The notes under the pieces were generated by a model. That model saw only the letters and a list, made by a program, of their open reading frames with translations, did no database searches and was not told the origin of the DNA. Of a stretch of 64,000 bases of DNA, positions 10,041 through 19,129 are shown one piece after another. The translations under genes and the position numbers were made by a program. The stretch comes from Rhodospirillaceae bacterium (GTDB taxonomy: Bacteria; Pseudomonadota; Alphaproteobacteria; CACIAM-22H2). The stretch lies in assembly GCA_027490975.1 (NCBI GenBank), contig JAIXXA010000038.1:28608-92607 (forward strand), given 5' to 3'. The stretch's first letter is position 1, and each line of letters begins with the position of its first letter.

Positions 10041-10751
10041 ATGGCCCAAACGTCCCTCCTTCGCAGATTTGCGCCGCTGATCCTGATCGCGGCCGTGCTC
10101 GCCCTCGCATTTGCGGGCGGGCTCGATCGCTATCTGAGTTTTGCCGCGTTGGCCGAACATCGCGGCGATCTCGTCGATTGGGCCGAGGCCAATCCGGCGA
10201 TCGCGGCCGCCGCCTATGTCGCGGCCTATGTGTTGGTCGTGGCCTGCTCGCTGCCCGGCGGCACGGTCGCCACGCTGGCGGGCGGGTTTCTGTTCGGCGC
10301 GCTGTGGGGCGGGTTTTTGGCCGTCATCGGCGCCACGATCGGCGCAACCTTGCTGTTTTTGGCCGCCCGCTCGGCCCTGGGCGATTTCCTGCGCGCCAAG
10401 GCAGGCCCGGCCGTGGCCGCCTTCGAGGCGGGATTCCGCGAGAACGCGCTTTCCTATATGCTGGTTCTGCGCCTGGTGCCGGCCTTTCCGTTTTTTCTCG
10501 TCAATCTCGCACCGGCCTTTTTGGGCGTGCGGCTCGGCGTCTATGTCGTTGCGACCTTTCTGGGCATCCTGCCCGCAACCTTCGTATTCGCTTCGATCGG
10601 GGCCGGGCTCGGCAGCGTGTTCGACCAGGGCGAGGAGCCGGATTTGAGCCTGTTCATGCAGCCCGCCGTGATCCTGCCGCTGCTGGGCCTTGCGGCCCTG
10701 TCGCTGCTGCCGGTCGTCTACAAGAAATTCAAAGGCCGCAAAGCGCCATGA
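10041..10751 (+). CDS. TVP38/TMEM64 (DedA-related) family membrane protein
   Basis: ORF 9864..10751 from the internal MAQTSLLRRFAPLILIAAV (ATG 10041). The sequence LPGGTVATLAGGFLFG...LRLVPAFPFFLVNLAPAF is characteristic of the family. Confidence 0.85.
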   Translation: MAQTSLLRRFAPLILIAAVLALAFAGGLDRYLSFAALAEHRGDLVDWAEANPAIAAAAYVAAYVLVVACSLPGGTVATLAGGFLFGALWGGFLAVIGATIGATLLFLAARSALGDFLRAKAGPAVAAFEAGFRENALSYMLVLRLVPAFPFFLVNLAPAFLGVRLGVYVVATFLGILPATFVFASIGAGLGSVFDQGEEPDLSLFMQPAVILPLLGLAALSLLPVVYKKFKGRKAP

Positions 10752-12169
10752 GCGAAATCGCCGCCGACATCTGCGTGATCGGGGCGGGCTCGGGCGGCCT
10801 TTCGGTGGCGGCCGGGGCCGCCCAGCTCGGCCTCAAGGTGGTGCTCGTCGAAGCGCACAAGATGGGCGGCGACTGCCTCAATTTCGGCTGCGTACCGTCC
10901 AAAGCGCTGATCGCGGCGGCAAGTGCGGTCAAGGCCGCGCGCAATGCCGGCCGCTTCGGCCTGCAGACGGCGGGCGGGGTGGATTATGCCGCGGTGCGCA
11001 ACCATGTGCGCGCGACGATCGCGGCCATTGCGCCGATGGATTCGGTCGAACGTTTCGAGGGGCTCGGCGTCAAGGTCGTGGCCGCGCGCGCGAAATTCGT
11101 CGGGCGCAAGCTGGTCGAGGCGGGCGCGACGCGCATCGCCGCGCGCAAATTCGTGGTCGCGACGGGCAGCCGCGCGGCCGTCCCGCCGATCCCGGGCCTT
11201 GCCGACGTGCCGTTCCTCACCAACGAAACCGTGTTCGAACTCGACCGTCGGCCCGACCATCTGGTCGTGATCGGCGCCGGGCCCATCGGCTGCGAGTTGG
11301 CGCAAGCCCATGCGCGCCTCGGCACGAAGGTGACGCTGATCGAAGCCGCAACCATGCTGCCAAAGGACGATCAAGAGGCGGTCGCGGTGGTGCGCGAAAG
11401 CCTTGCGGCCGACGGCGTTGCGTTGCGCGAGCATGCGAAGGTCAAGCGCATCGAGCGCCACGCGGTGGGGACCGTCGTGGTGCTCGACGACGGCAAGGGC
11501 GGCGAAGACGCGCTCGCCTGTTCGCACCTGCTGATCGCGGCGGGCCGCAGAGCCAATATCGAGGATCTCGGGCTCGAAGCGGCCGGCATCGCCAGCGACG
11601 GCCGTGCCATCCAAGTCGATGACCGTTTGCGCACCTCGAACCGCGATGTGCTGGCCCTCGGCGACGTGGCTGGCGGGCTGCAATTCACGCATGTCGCGGG
11701 CTGGCATGCCGGCATCGCGATCCGCAATCTGTGTTTCCGCATACCCGCGCGCGCCGACACGACGGCGATCCCGTGGGTGACGTACACCGCACCCGAGCTT
11801 GCGCAAGTGGGCTTGAGCGAAGCCGCCGCCAAAGCCGCAGGCCGCGACATCGAAACCGCGCGCTGGCCGTTCCACGACAACGACCGCGCGATCGCGACCG
11901 GCGAGACGGCGGGATTCGTGAAGCTCGTCGCCGAGCGCGGCCGCGTGATCGGCGCCACGATCGTGGGGGCCCATGCGGGCGATCTTGTTGCACCGTGGGT
12001 CGTGGCAGTCGGCCAACGGCTCAAACTTGCGACGATGGCAGGGGCCGTGATGCCCTATCCGACCCTGTCGGAAGCGGGCAAGCGCGCGGCCGGAGCCTAT
12101 TTCAGCCCGCGCCTTTTTTCGCCGCGCACGCGCAAGCTCGTGCGCTTCCTGTTCGATCTGCCGTTCTGA
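10748..12169 (+). CDS. FAD-dependent pyridine nucleotide-disulfide oxidoreductase (dihydrolipoyl dehydrogenase / mercuric reductase-like, class I)
   Basis: Tail of ORF 10178..12169 from MSEIAADICVIGAGSGGLSVA. The redox-active disulfide motif is GGDCLNFGCVPSK. The ATG overlaps the upstream stop (ATGA). Confidence 0.9.
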   Translation: MSEIAADICVIGAGSGGLSVAAGAAQLGLKVVLVEAHKMGGDCLNFGCVPSKALIAAASAVKAARNAGRFGLQTAGGVDYAAVRNHVRATIAAIAPMDSVERFEGLGVKVVAARAKFVGRKLVEAGATRIAARKFVVATGSRAAVPPIPGLADVPFLTNETVFELDRRPDHLVVIGAGPIGCELAQAHARLGTKVTLIEAATMLPKDDQEAVAVVRESLAADGVALREHAKVKRIERHAVGTVVVLDDGKGGEDALACSHLLIAAGRRANIEDLGLEAAGIASDGRAIQVDDRLRTSNRDVLALGDVAGGLQFTHVAGWHAGIAIRNLCFRIPARADTTAIPWVTYTAPELAQVGLSEAAAKAAGRDIETARWPFHDNDRAIATGETAGFVKLVAERGRVIGATIVGAHAGDLVAPWVVAVGQRLKLATMAGAVMPYPTLSEAGKRAAGAYFSPRLFSPRTRKLVRFLFDLPF

Positions 12170-12183
12170 TCCGGGCAAATGCG

Positions 12184-13002
12184 ATGCGGCGATTTCTGCT
12201 GGCGGCGGCGCTGATGTTGGGCTTGATCCAGAGCGCTTCGGGCGCACCCAAGGCCGAGGCGTGGGAATTCTGGCGCGGCCACGATGCGGCGTCGGCGCAA
12301 ACGATCGACCATGCGCAATGGTCGCGGCTGCTCGCGGTCTATCGCATCGAGGGGCTGGACGGCATCGCGCGTTTTGCCTATGGCCGCGTTGCGGCCGCCG
12401 ACCGGGTCGCGTTGCAGACCTATCTCGCGGCGCTGCAGGCGGTTGCCCCGCGCACGCTGTCGCGGCCGCAGCAGAAGGCCTATTGGATCAATCTCTACAA
12501 TGCGGCGACGGTCGAAACGATCCTGACCCGCTATCCGGTCGCCTCGATCCGCGACATCCGCACCTCGCCCGGCCTGTTTGCGGCAGGGCCGTGGGGCGCC
12601 AAAATCCTGCGCGTCGAAAACCAAGCGCTGTCGCTCGACGATATCGAGCACCGCATCCTGCGCCCGCTGTGGCAAGATCCGCGCATCCACTACGCGCTCA
12701 ATTGTGCGGCCCTCGGCTGCCCCAATCTCGATGCGGAAGCCTTCGAAGCCGACCGGCTCGATGCCCAGCTCGACGCCGCCGCGCGCCGTTTCGTGGCGAG
12801 TCCGCGCGGCGTGCGCGTGGGCCCGCGCGGCCTCGCGCTGTCGTCGATCTACGATTGGTTCAAAGAGGATTTCGGCGCTGACGCGGCAGGCTTGCGCACA
12901 CACCTGTTGGCGTACGCGAGCGGCGAAACACGCGCGGCCCTCGAACGCGGCGCGCCCATAATCTCCTACGGCTACGACTGGGCGCTGAACGCTGCACCCT
13001 GA
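12184..13002 (+). CDS. DUF547 domain-containing secreted protein
   Basis: Tail of ORF 11731..13002 from MRRFLLAAALMLGLIQSASG (signal peptide). The sequence KAYWINLYNAATVETIL...LSLDDIEHRILRP...DPRIHYALNCAALGCPNL matches my recollection of DUF547. Confidence 0.8.
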   Translation: MRRFLLAAALMLGLIQSASGAPKAEAWEFWRGHDAASAQTIDHAQWSRLLAVYRIEGLDGIARFAYGRVAAADRVALQTYLAALQAVAPRTLSRPQQKAYWINLYNAATVETILTRYPVASIRDIRTSPGLFAAGPWGAKILRVENQALSLDDIEHRILRPLWQDPRIHYALNCAALGCPNLDAEAFEADRLDAQLDAAARRFVASPRGVRVGPRGLALSSIYDWFKEDFGADAAGLRTHLLAYASGETRAALERGAPIISYGYDWALNAAP

Positions 13003-14622
13003 TCAGCGCATGCGCACGGTCGTGTAGTCCTGGAACCAGTTCTGCGCCTGCACGAAACCCTCGACGCGGGCCGAATAGGCGCGCGGGTTGAGGTCGTGCA
13101 CCACGAACAGCGCCGCCGCCTCGTCCACGAGGGCCGTGTGGAGCTTTGCCATCGCGGCGTTCTGCTCGGGCTCGGTGAAGCCCAGGCGAATGTCGGCGAG
13201 CGCTTTGTCGATGGCGGGGCTGTTGTAGTAGCCCCAATTGACGCCGCGCGGATTGACGAGCGCCGAGTCGTAGATGACCCAGCCCACGGTCGGCTCGATG
13301 GTCGGGATTGCGATGTTGATCGCGTGCGCGCCCGCCTGCTGGGGGGCGCGCGAGCCCGCACGCATCATGCCGATGATGGTGCCGAAATCGACCACCTCGA
13401 ACGTCACGTCCATGAAGATCGCGCGCAGGTTCTCCTGCACGTATTCGTTCATCGGCAGGGGCAGCATCTGGCCGCCGCCGCCCGACGCGATGATGGCCTT
13501 GACCGCACAGCGCCGGTTGGGACCGTAGCCTGCTTCGGCCATGAGTTTCTTGGCCGCTTCGACGTCGTATTTGATGTCGAAGCTCGGGCTGCCGAACCAC
13601 GGGCTCGAGGGCGGCACCTTGCCCTTGGCGGCTTCGGCGGAGCCCGCCAGCAGATGCACCATGCCCGCGCGGTCGATGGCGAGATTGGCCGCCTTGCGCA
13701 CGCGCACATCGTGGAACGGCGAGTCCGGCTGCACGTTGAGGCGCCAGGCCCAGACATGCGGATAGAGGTTCGTGTCGACCTTCATGTTGGCGCGCCGAAG
13801 GGACTCGATCGCGTCGGGCGGCACGGTTTCGATCATGTCGACCTGGCCCGAGCGCAACGCCGCCACGCGCGCGTTGGCGTCGCCGATCGGCAGCAGCACG
13901 GTGCGCTGGGTCTTGGGCACGCGCGCTTTGTCCCAGTAGCCCGCAAACGCTTCGAGTTCGACGCGTTCGCGTGCGGCAAACGCCGTCACGCGATAGGGGC
14001 CCGTACCCGACGGGCGCTCGGCGAAACGCTGCCAATCGCCGCCCAGCTCCTGCCATTGCTTGGGGCTGGCGATCATCAGGAACGAGGTTTCGTAGATGAA
14101 CATGCCGTTGGGCTCGGTCGTGACGATGGCGACCGTATTCGCGTCGATTTTCGCGTAGGAGGCGACCGACGAAAGGCGCGAGCGGATGAGGCCCACGCGG
14201 GGGGCGTGGAATTGCGGCGCTTGCGCGTTGAAGACCGACTCCAAATTCCAGATCAGCGCGTCGGCGTCGAAATCCGAGCCGTCGTGGAATTTGACGCCCT
14301 GGCGCAGCGTGAAGATCCAGCGCTTCTTGTCGGCCGGATCGACGCGCCAGTTCGTCGCAAGGCCGGGAACGAGTCCCGAGGCTTTGTCGCGGCGGCCCAT
14401 ATCCCACAACGTCAGCGCGTCGAACACCAGATAGCCGCCGAAGCGCAAGCCCTCGAAGCCGGCATCGGGCCCCGCCCATAGGCGCGGAATGTCGTTGAGC
14501 GACATTGCAATTCGCAAAGGCGGCTGCGTTTGCGCCCCCACAGGGGTTGCGGCGAGCGCCGCCACCGCCGCAGCGGTGCCGAGCAATTGACGACGGCTCA
14601 CGGGCAGGGCGGAATTCGGCAT
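13003..14622 (-). CDS. ABC transporter substrate-binding protein, family 5 (peptide/nickel/opine type)
   Basis: ORF 13003..14667. The likely start is MPNSALPVSRRQLLGTAAAVAALA (Tat-like signal, ATG 14622) preceded by GAGGAG. The length and sequence are typical of cluster C SBPs. Confidence 0.88.
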   Translation of the reverse strand: MPNSALPVSRRQLLGTAAAVAALAATPVGAQTQPPLRIAMSLNDIPRLWAGPDAGFEGLRFGGYLVFDALTLWDMGRRDKASGLVPGLATNWRVDPADKKRWIFTLRQGVKFHDGSDFDADALIWNLESVFNAQAPQFHAPRVGLIRSRLSSVASYAKIDANTVAIVTTEPNGMFIYETSFLMIASPKQWQELGGDWQRFAERPSGTGPYRVTAFAARERVELEAFAGYWDKARVPKTQRTVLLPIGDANARVAALRSGQVDMIETVPPDAIESLRRANMKVDTNLYPHVWAWRLNVQPDSPFHDVRVRKAANLAIDRAGMVHLLAGSAEAAKGKVPPSSPWFGSPSFDIKYDVEAAKKLMAEAGYGPNRRCAVKAIIASGGGGQMLPLPMNEYVQENLRAIFMDVTFEVVDFGTIIGMMRAGSRAPQQAGAHAINIAIPTIEPTVGWVIYDSALVNPRGVNWGYYNSPAIDKALADIRLGFTEPEQNAAMAKLHTALVDEAAALFVVHDLNPRAYSARVEGFVQAQNWFQDYTTVRMR

Positions 14623-14801
14623 TGGCGGCTCCTCGTGCGGGATTTTTGCGATGCGCCGAACCTTCAAGGACCGTGCCAGATTCCCGGATGTCGGATTTCA
14701 GGTTTAGGTGTTTTCCGGGGCTGCCGCGCCGAGCGGCGCGCGCCTAACTCTCGCGCCATGTGGGGCGTCGCTGCGGCGCCCGCCAACGCGTGGAGAGCGA
14801 T

Positions 14802-14984
14802 ATGGGCCTGATCCTTCTGATCGTCGTTTTGGTGCTGCTGCTCGGTGGCGGCGGGGGCTATTACGCGCACGGTCGCTACGGCAATGCGGGGGCCGGCGGC
14901 GTGCTCGGCACCGTGCTCGTGGTGCTTGTGGTGGTGTGGTTCTTCGGCGGTTTTGCCGGCATGCATCCGCCGCCGCCGCTTTGA
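14802..14984 (+). CDS. small two-TM membrane protein (DUF3309-like)
   Basis: ORF 14760..14984 from the internal MGLILLIVVLVLLLGGGGGYYAHGRYGNAGAGGVLGTVLVVLVVVWFFGG. GGAGAG lies 4 nt upstream of the ATG. Confidence 0.55.
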   Translation: MGLILLIVVLVLLLGGGGGYYAHGRYGNAGAGGVLGTVLVVLVVVWFFGGFAGMHPPPPL

Positions 14985-14991
14985 TCGCGGC

Positions 14992-16197
14992 TCAGTCGAG
15001 TGCCACCAGCAGCGCTTTGAGATAGGCGCTTTCGGGCAAAAACGGGTGCAGCGGATGGTCGGCGGCGGCACCCGCGACGCGCAAGACGCGCGCTTGGCGC
15101 CCGGTTTCGGCAATGCCGCGCGCGGTCTCTTCGAGGAAATTCGCGGTCTCGACATTGTGCGAGCATGAGGCTGCGAGCAGAAACCCGTTGGGTGCCACAA
15201 GCGCCGCCGCGAGGCGGGCGACCTTGCGATAGCCCTTGAGCGCCGTCGGCACGTCCTTGCGCGACTTGGCGAAGGCCGGTGGATCGCAAACCACGACGTC
15301 GAAACGCTCGCCCGCCGCGTCGAGATTGGCGGCGTAGTCGAAGATTTCGCCTTTGTCGAAACGGCACTTGGCGGCCACGCCATTGGCCTCGGCCGCCCGT
15401 GCGGCAAGATCGAGGGCCGCTTGCGCGCGGTCGGCAAACACGACCTGCGCGGCGCCGCCAAGGGCCGCCTGCACGCCGAAGCCGCCGCCGTAGCAATAGA
15501 GATCGAGCACGCGCGCACCCGCCGAAACCTTGGCGACGGCGGCCCGGTTGTCGCGCTGGTCGTAGAACCAGCCGGTTTTCTGGCCGCCCGCGACGTCGGC
15601 AAAAAACGTCGCCCCGTTTTCGACGAGGCGGATCGGCCCTTCGACCGCACCGAGCACCGTTTCGCTCGCCGTATCGAGGCCTTCGAGGCTGCGCGCATGG
15701 CTTTCGTCGCGCAGCACGATGGCGGCGGGCGCAAGGACGGCCTCGATCGCCTGGCGCAGCTCCGGCCACAGCAGGTCGATGCCGGCGGCGTTGCGCTGGA
15801 CCACCAGCGTGTCGCCGAAGCGGTCGATCACGAGGCCCGGAAAGCCGTCGGCCTCGGCGTGGATCAGGCGATAGAAGCCGCCCGGATAGAGCCGCTCGCG
15901 CAAGGCAAGGGCGGTGCGCAGCTTCGCCGCGCACCATGCCGCGTCGACCGCGATGCGCGGATTGCGTTCGAGCATGCGCAAGGCGATCAGCGTGTGCGCA
16001 TTGAAAAAGGCGGTGCCGAGATTCTCGCCGTGGCTCGTCATCACGCGCACGCGCGTGCCGCGCGCCAGCGCCTTGGCGCTGTTGTCCATCTGGATCTCGT
16101 TCGAATAGGCCCACGGATGGCCCATGCGCAGGCGCTGGTGGCGCTGCGGCTGCAGACGGATTTCCGGCAGCGTGCCGGTCGGCGACGATTGGGTCAT
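14992..16197 (-). CDS. rlmI: class I SAM-dependent rRNA methyltransferase (RlmI-like, PUA + MTase)
   Basis: ORF 14992..16197: HPWAYSNEI...GGQKTGWFYDQRDNR...VLDLYCYGGGFG...DVVVCDPPAFAKS. Confidence 0.88.
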   Translation of the reverse strand: MTQSSPTGTLPEIRLQPQRHQRLRMGHPWAYSNEIQMDNSAKALARGTRVRVMTSHGENLGTAFFNAHTLIALRMLERNPRIAVDAAWCAAKLRTALALRERLYPGGFYRLIHAEADGFPGLVIDRFGDTLVVQRNAAGIDLLWPELRQAIEAVLAPAAIVLRDESHARSLEGLDTASETVLGAVEGPIRLVENGATFFADVAGGQKTGWFYDQRDNRAAVAKVSAGARVLDLYCYGGGFGVQAALGGAAQVVFADRAQAALDLAARAAEANGVAAKCRFDKGEIFDYAANLDAAGERFDVVVCDPPAFAKSRKDVPTALKGYRKVARLAAALVAPNGFLLAASCSHNVETANFLEETARGIAETGRQARVLRVAGAAADHPLHPFLPESAYLKALLVALD

Positions 16198-16243
16198 GTC
16201 GGACTTTCGGGGATGAAGCGGAGACGGGATGGATTATGCGGCG

Positions 16244-18061
16244 TCAGTCGCCAAGGGCTTCGCCTTCGCGACGCGGATCGGCGCCGCCGATCAGCTGCGT
16301 GCGGCCTTGGCGGCGCACGATCTGGATGCCGTGCAGGCCGCTGGCGTGCGCCACGAACGTCACCTCGTGGCCCATGGCGCGCAATTCGCCCGCGAGGCCC
16401 GCAATCACCGTGTCGCGTTCGAGCTCGGTCGGGCCGTTGAGGCTCAGCGCGTGCGGCAATGCCACGGCGCGCTGCATGTCGAGCCCCCAATCGAGGGTCG
16501 CCACCAGCGTGCGCGCGACGTAAGGGATGATGCGCGCCCCGCCCGGCGAGCCCAGCGTCATCACCAGCCGGTTTTCGCGGTCGAGCACGATCGTGGGCGA
16601 CATCGAGCTGCGCGGCCGCTTGCCGGGCTCCACGCGGTTGATGTTCGGCACGTCGCCGTCGCGCGGGCGCAGCGCAAAATCGGTCATCTGGTTGTTGAGC
16701 AGGAATCCGCGCACCATCACGCGGCTGCCGAAGGCCTGCTCGATCGACGAGGTCATGGCAACCGCGTTGCCGGCCCCGTCGACGATCGAAAAATGCGAGG
16801 TGGCGGGCAGTTCGCTCATCGCGTCGGGGGCCCGCAAGGCCGCGCGCTGCAGGCGACCGGCTTCCGCGCGGCCCATGCTGCGCTCAGGGACGATCAGCCG
16901 CGCGCGCGTGGCGAGATAGCGCCGGTCGAGCAGCTTGTCGAGCGGCACCTGCTCGAAATCCATGTCGGCCAGATAGCGCGCCCGGTCGGCAAAGGCGAGG
17001 CGCTCGGCTTCGGTGAGCGCGTGCACGGCCGCGACCGAGTTGGGCGCCATGGCGCGCATGTCGAACTTTTCGAGCATGGCGAGGATCTGGGCGATCGCCA
17101 CCCCGCCCGACGAGGGCGGGCCCATGCCGCACACCTTGTGCTGGCGGTAGTTGCCGCACACGGGCTCGCGCTTGAGGGCTTTGTAGTTTTTGAGGTCGTC
17201 GACGCCGAGCGTGCCGGGGGTGCCGGTTTCGCGCACGGCTTTGGCCATCGCGCGCGCAAGGCCGCCGTTGTAGAAGGCGTTCGCGCCGCCGTTGGCGATC
17301 ACGCGCAGCGTTTCGGCGAGCTCGGGATTGGCCAAGCGCGTGCCGACCGCCTTGGGGTTGCCGTCGGCGTCGAAAAAATAGTCGCGCGTGGCCTGGAAGT
17401 CTTTGAGCTGCGGCGTTTCGCCGATGAGCTGATGCAGGCGCGGCGAAACCGGGAAGCCTTCGGCCGCCATGCGCATGGCCGGTTCGAACAGCCGCAGCCA
17501 CGGCAGGCGGCCATGCTGCTCGTGCGCAAGCGCCAGCATGCGCACCACGCCGGGCACGCCCACCGCATGCCCGCCCTGCGCTGCCTGCGCAAACGGCAGC
17601 GGCTTGCCCTCGGCATCGAGGAACATGTCGGACGAAGCGCCCGCAGGGGCGGTCTCGCGCCCGTCGAAGGTTTCGACCTTGCGCGTTTCGGCCGCGTAGT
17701 GGACGAGGAAGGCCCCGCCGCCGATGCCCGAGCTTTGCGGCTCGACGAGGGTCAGCACCATCTGAACGGCGATCGCCGCATCGATGGCGCTGCCGCCCTG
17801 GCGCAGAATCTGGCGGCCGACTTCCGCAGCAAGCGGGTTGGCGGCCACCACCATATGGCGGTCGGCGACAACCGCCGCGCGGGTAGGGCCTGCGGGCGAT
17901 GCGGATTCGGGCTGCGGGCGTGCCGTCGGCGCGGGTGCGTTTGCGGCGGGGGCATTTTGCGCCGATGCTGGGCCGCCAAGTGCGAAGAACAGCGACAGCA
18001 GCCCCGCGCCCAAAATCGGACGCCAGCCGGTCCAGCGTGCTGTGTCGTTCGCGGTCGTCAT
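16244..18061 (-). CDS. ggt: gamma-glutamyltransferase, secreted
   Basis: ORF 16244..18061 with a signal peptide (ILGAGLLSLFFALGGPASAQ). It contains GGSAIDAAIAV...EPQSSGIGGGAF and the autoprocessing site TSHFSIVD. Confidence 0.92.
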   Translation of the reverse strand: MTTANDTARWTGWRPILGAGLLSLFFALGGPASAQNAPAANAPAPTARPQPESASPAGPTRAAVVADRHMVVAANPLAAEVGRQILRQGGSAIDAAIAVQMVLTLVEPQSSGIGGGAFLVHYAAETRKVETFDGRETAPAGASSDMFLDAEGKPLPFAQAAQGGHAVGVPGVVRMLALAHEQHGRLPWLRLFEPAMRMAAEGFPVSPRLHQLIGETPQLKDFQATRDYFFDADGNPKAVGTRLANPELAETLRVIANGGANAFYNGGLARAMAKAVRETGTPGTLGVDDLKNYKALKREPVCGNYRQHKVCGMGPPSSGGVAIAQILAMLEKFDMRAMAPNSVAAVHALTEAERLAFADRARYLADMDFEQVPLDKLLDRRYLATRARLIVPERSMGRAEAGRLQRAALRAPDAMSELPATSHFSIVDGAGNAVAMTSSIEQAFGSRVMVRGFLLNNQMTDFALRPRDGDVPNINRVEPGKRPRSSMSPTIVLDRENRLVMTLGSPGGARIIPYVARTLVATLDWGLDMQRAVALPHALSLNGPTELERDTVIAGLAGELRAMGHEVTFVAHASGLHGIQIVRRQGRTQLIGGADPRREGEALGD

Positions 18062-18237
18062 CGCTCGGGATCTCGACGCTTCGAGAAAAGCGTCCGTGGG
18101 CTTGTGCCCGCCGGTCCCAGCGGGCAGACGGAATTTAGTCGGGTTTACGGGCCTGGAGCAAGTGCGCCGTGGCCTTAAAGCCCCATCCAGCCCAATAAAA
18201 CGCCAGTGCGCCCGCCCCTATCCGCGCGCGCCTCTTT

Positions 18238-18933
18238 TCAGCGCGCTTGGGCGATCTGGTCGAAGCTGCGCCGCACATACACGATCTGGGCGCCGCGCGC
18301 CTCGAAGCGCAGGCCGACCCAGCTGTCGTCGGCGGCATAGCTCAGATCGGCTTTGAGATCGCCGGTGACGCGGTAGGTGGAAACAAGCTGCGGGCGACCG
18401 TCGGCGGTCATGCTCGTTTCGCCGAGATTTTCGTTGGCGATCGTCGCGAGCTTGCCGCTTTGGGTATCCAGAAGGGCGCCGCGGTTCAGCTTGTCGCGGT
18501 TCCAATAGCTGCTCGGGGCGGTGTCGGCGGGGGCGGTGTAGCTGCCGCCGCTGCCCGAGACCGCCAATCCCGATTCCGCAGCCGTCGCCAGCACGCGCGT
18601 GCGCGTGCCGTTGTCGTCGGTCGATGCGTCGAGCGACACGAGACGCTCGCCCACCCACGTTTCCGTGGCGCGGTGGGTATAGCGATAGACCGTGACGAAA
18701 GCGAGTTTGACGGCCATGTCGATCGCGATTTCGACCTCGCGGCGGGGGCCCGCCTCGCGGATCGTCACACGGTGTGTGCCGATGCTGGCGCCATCGCGCA
18801 GCACGTCGAATGTCAGGGTTTGCGTCGTGGCCGGCGCATCGGCTTGCACGCCGAAATTCGCAGAGGCTGGCGTTGCCGCGCCAAGTCCCAGCCCGAGGCC
18901 CAAAACGCTCGCGAGGAAGAAACGGCTGATCAT
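18238..18933 (-). CDS. hypothetical secreted beta-rich protein (possibly the DUF6134 family, from recollection)
   Basis: ORF 18238..18969 from the internal MISRFFLASVLGLGLGLGAATPASA (signal peptide, ATG 18933). Confidence 0.6.
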   Translation of the reverse strand: MISRFFLASVLGLGLGLGAATPASANFGVQADAPATTQTLTFDVLRDGASIGTHRVTIREAGPRREVEIAIDMAVKLAFVTVYRYTHRATETWVGERLVSLDASTDDNGTRTRVLATAAESGLAVSGSGGSYTAPADTAPSSYWNRDKLNRGALLDTQSGKLATIANENLGETSMTADGRPQLVSTYRVTGDLKADLSYAADDSWVGLRFEARGAQIVYVRRSFDQIAQAR

Positions 18934-18974
18934 TTGACGAGTGCTCCGTGTGCGACCTGGATACCTCAACTACG

Positions 18975-18988
18975 TCGATTTGCGTCAA
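18975..18988. promoter_or_regulatory. candidate FNR/FixK-type box TCGAT-N4-GTCAA (8 of 10 matches to TTGAT-N4-ATCAA)
   Basis: Read directly in the divergent intergenic region between the secreted protein (start 18933) and the FNR-family gene (start 19130). Confidence 0.3.
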
Positions 18989-19129
18989 TTGGTTCAATGT
19001 CTTCGGCCGCAAAACCGCAAACATCTGTTCTTGAAGGGGTATTTCACAGTGCGGACGCGAAGCCCTTGCGTTTGCGCACCGCACGTAGCACGATCCTTAT
19101 GGTATCACAGAACGCCAGGGGGCGGCATC

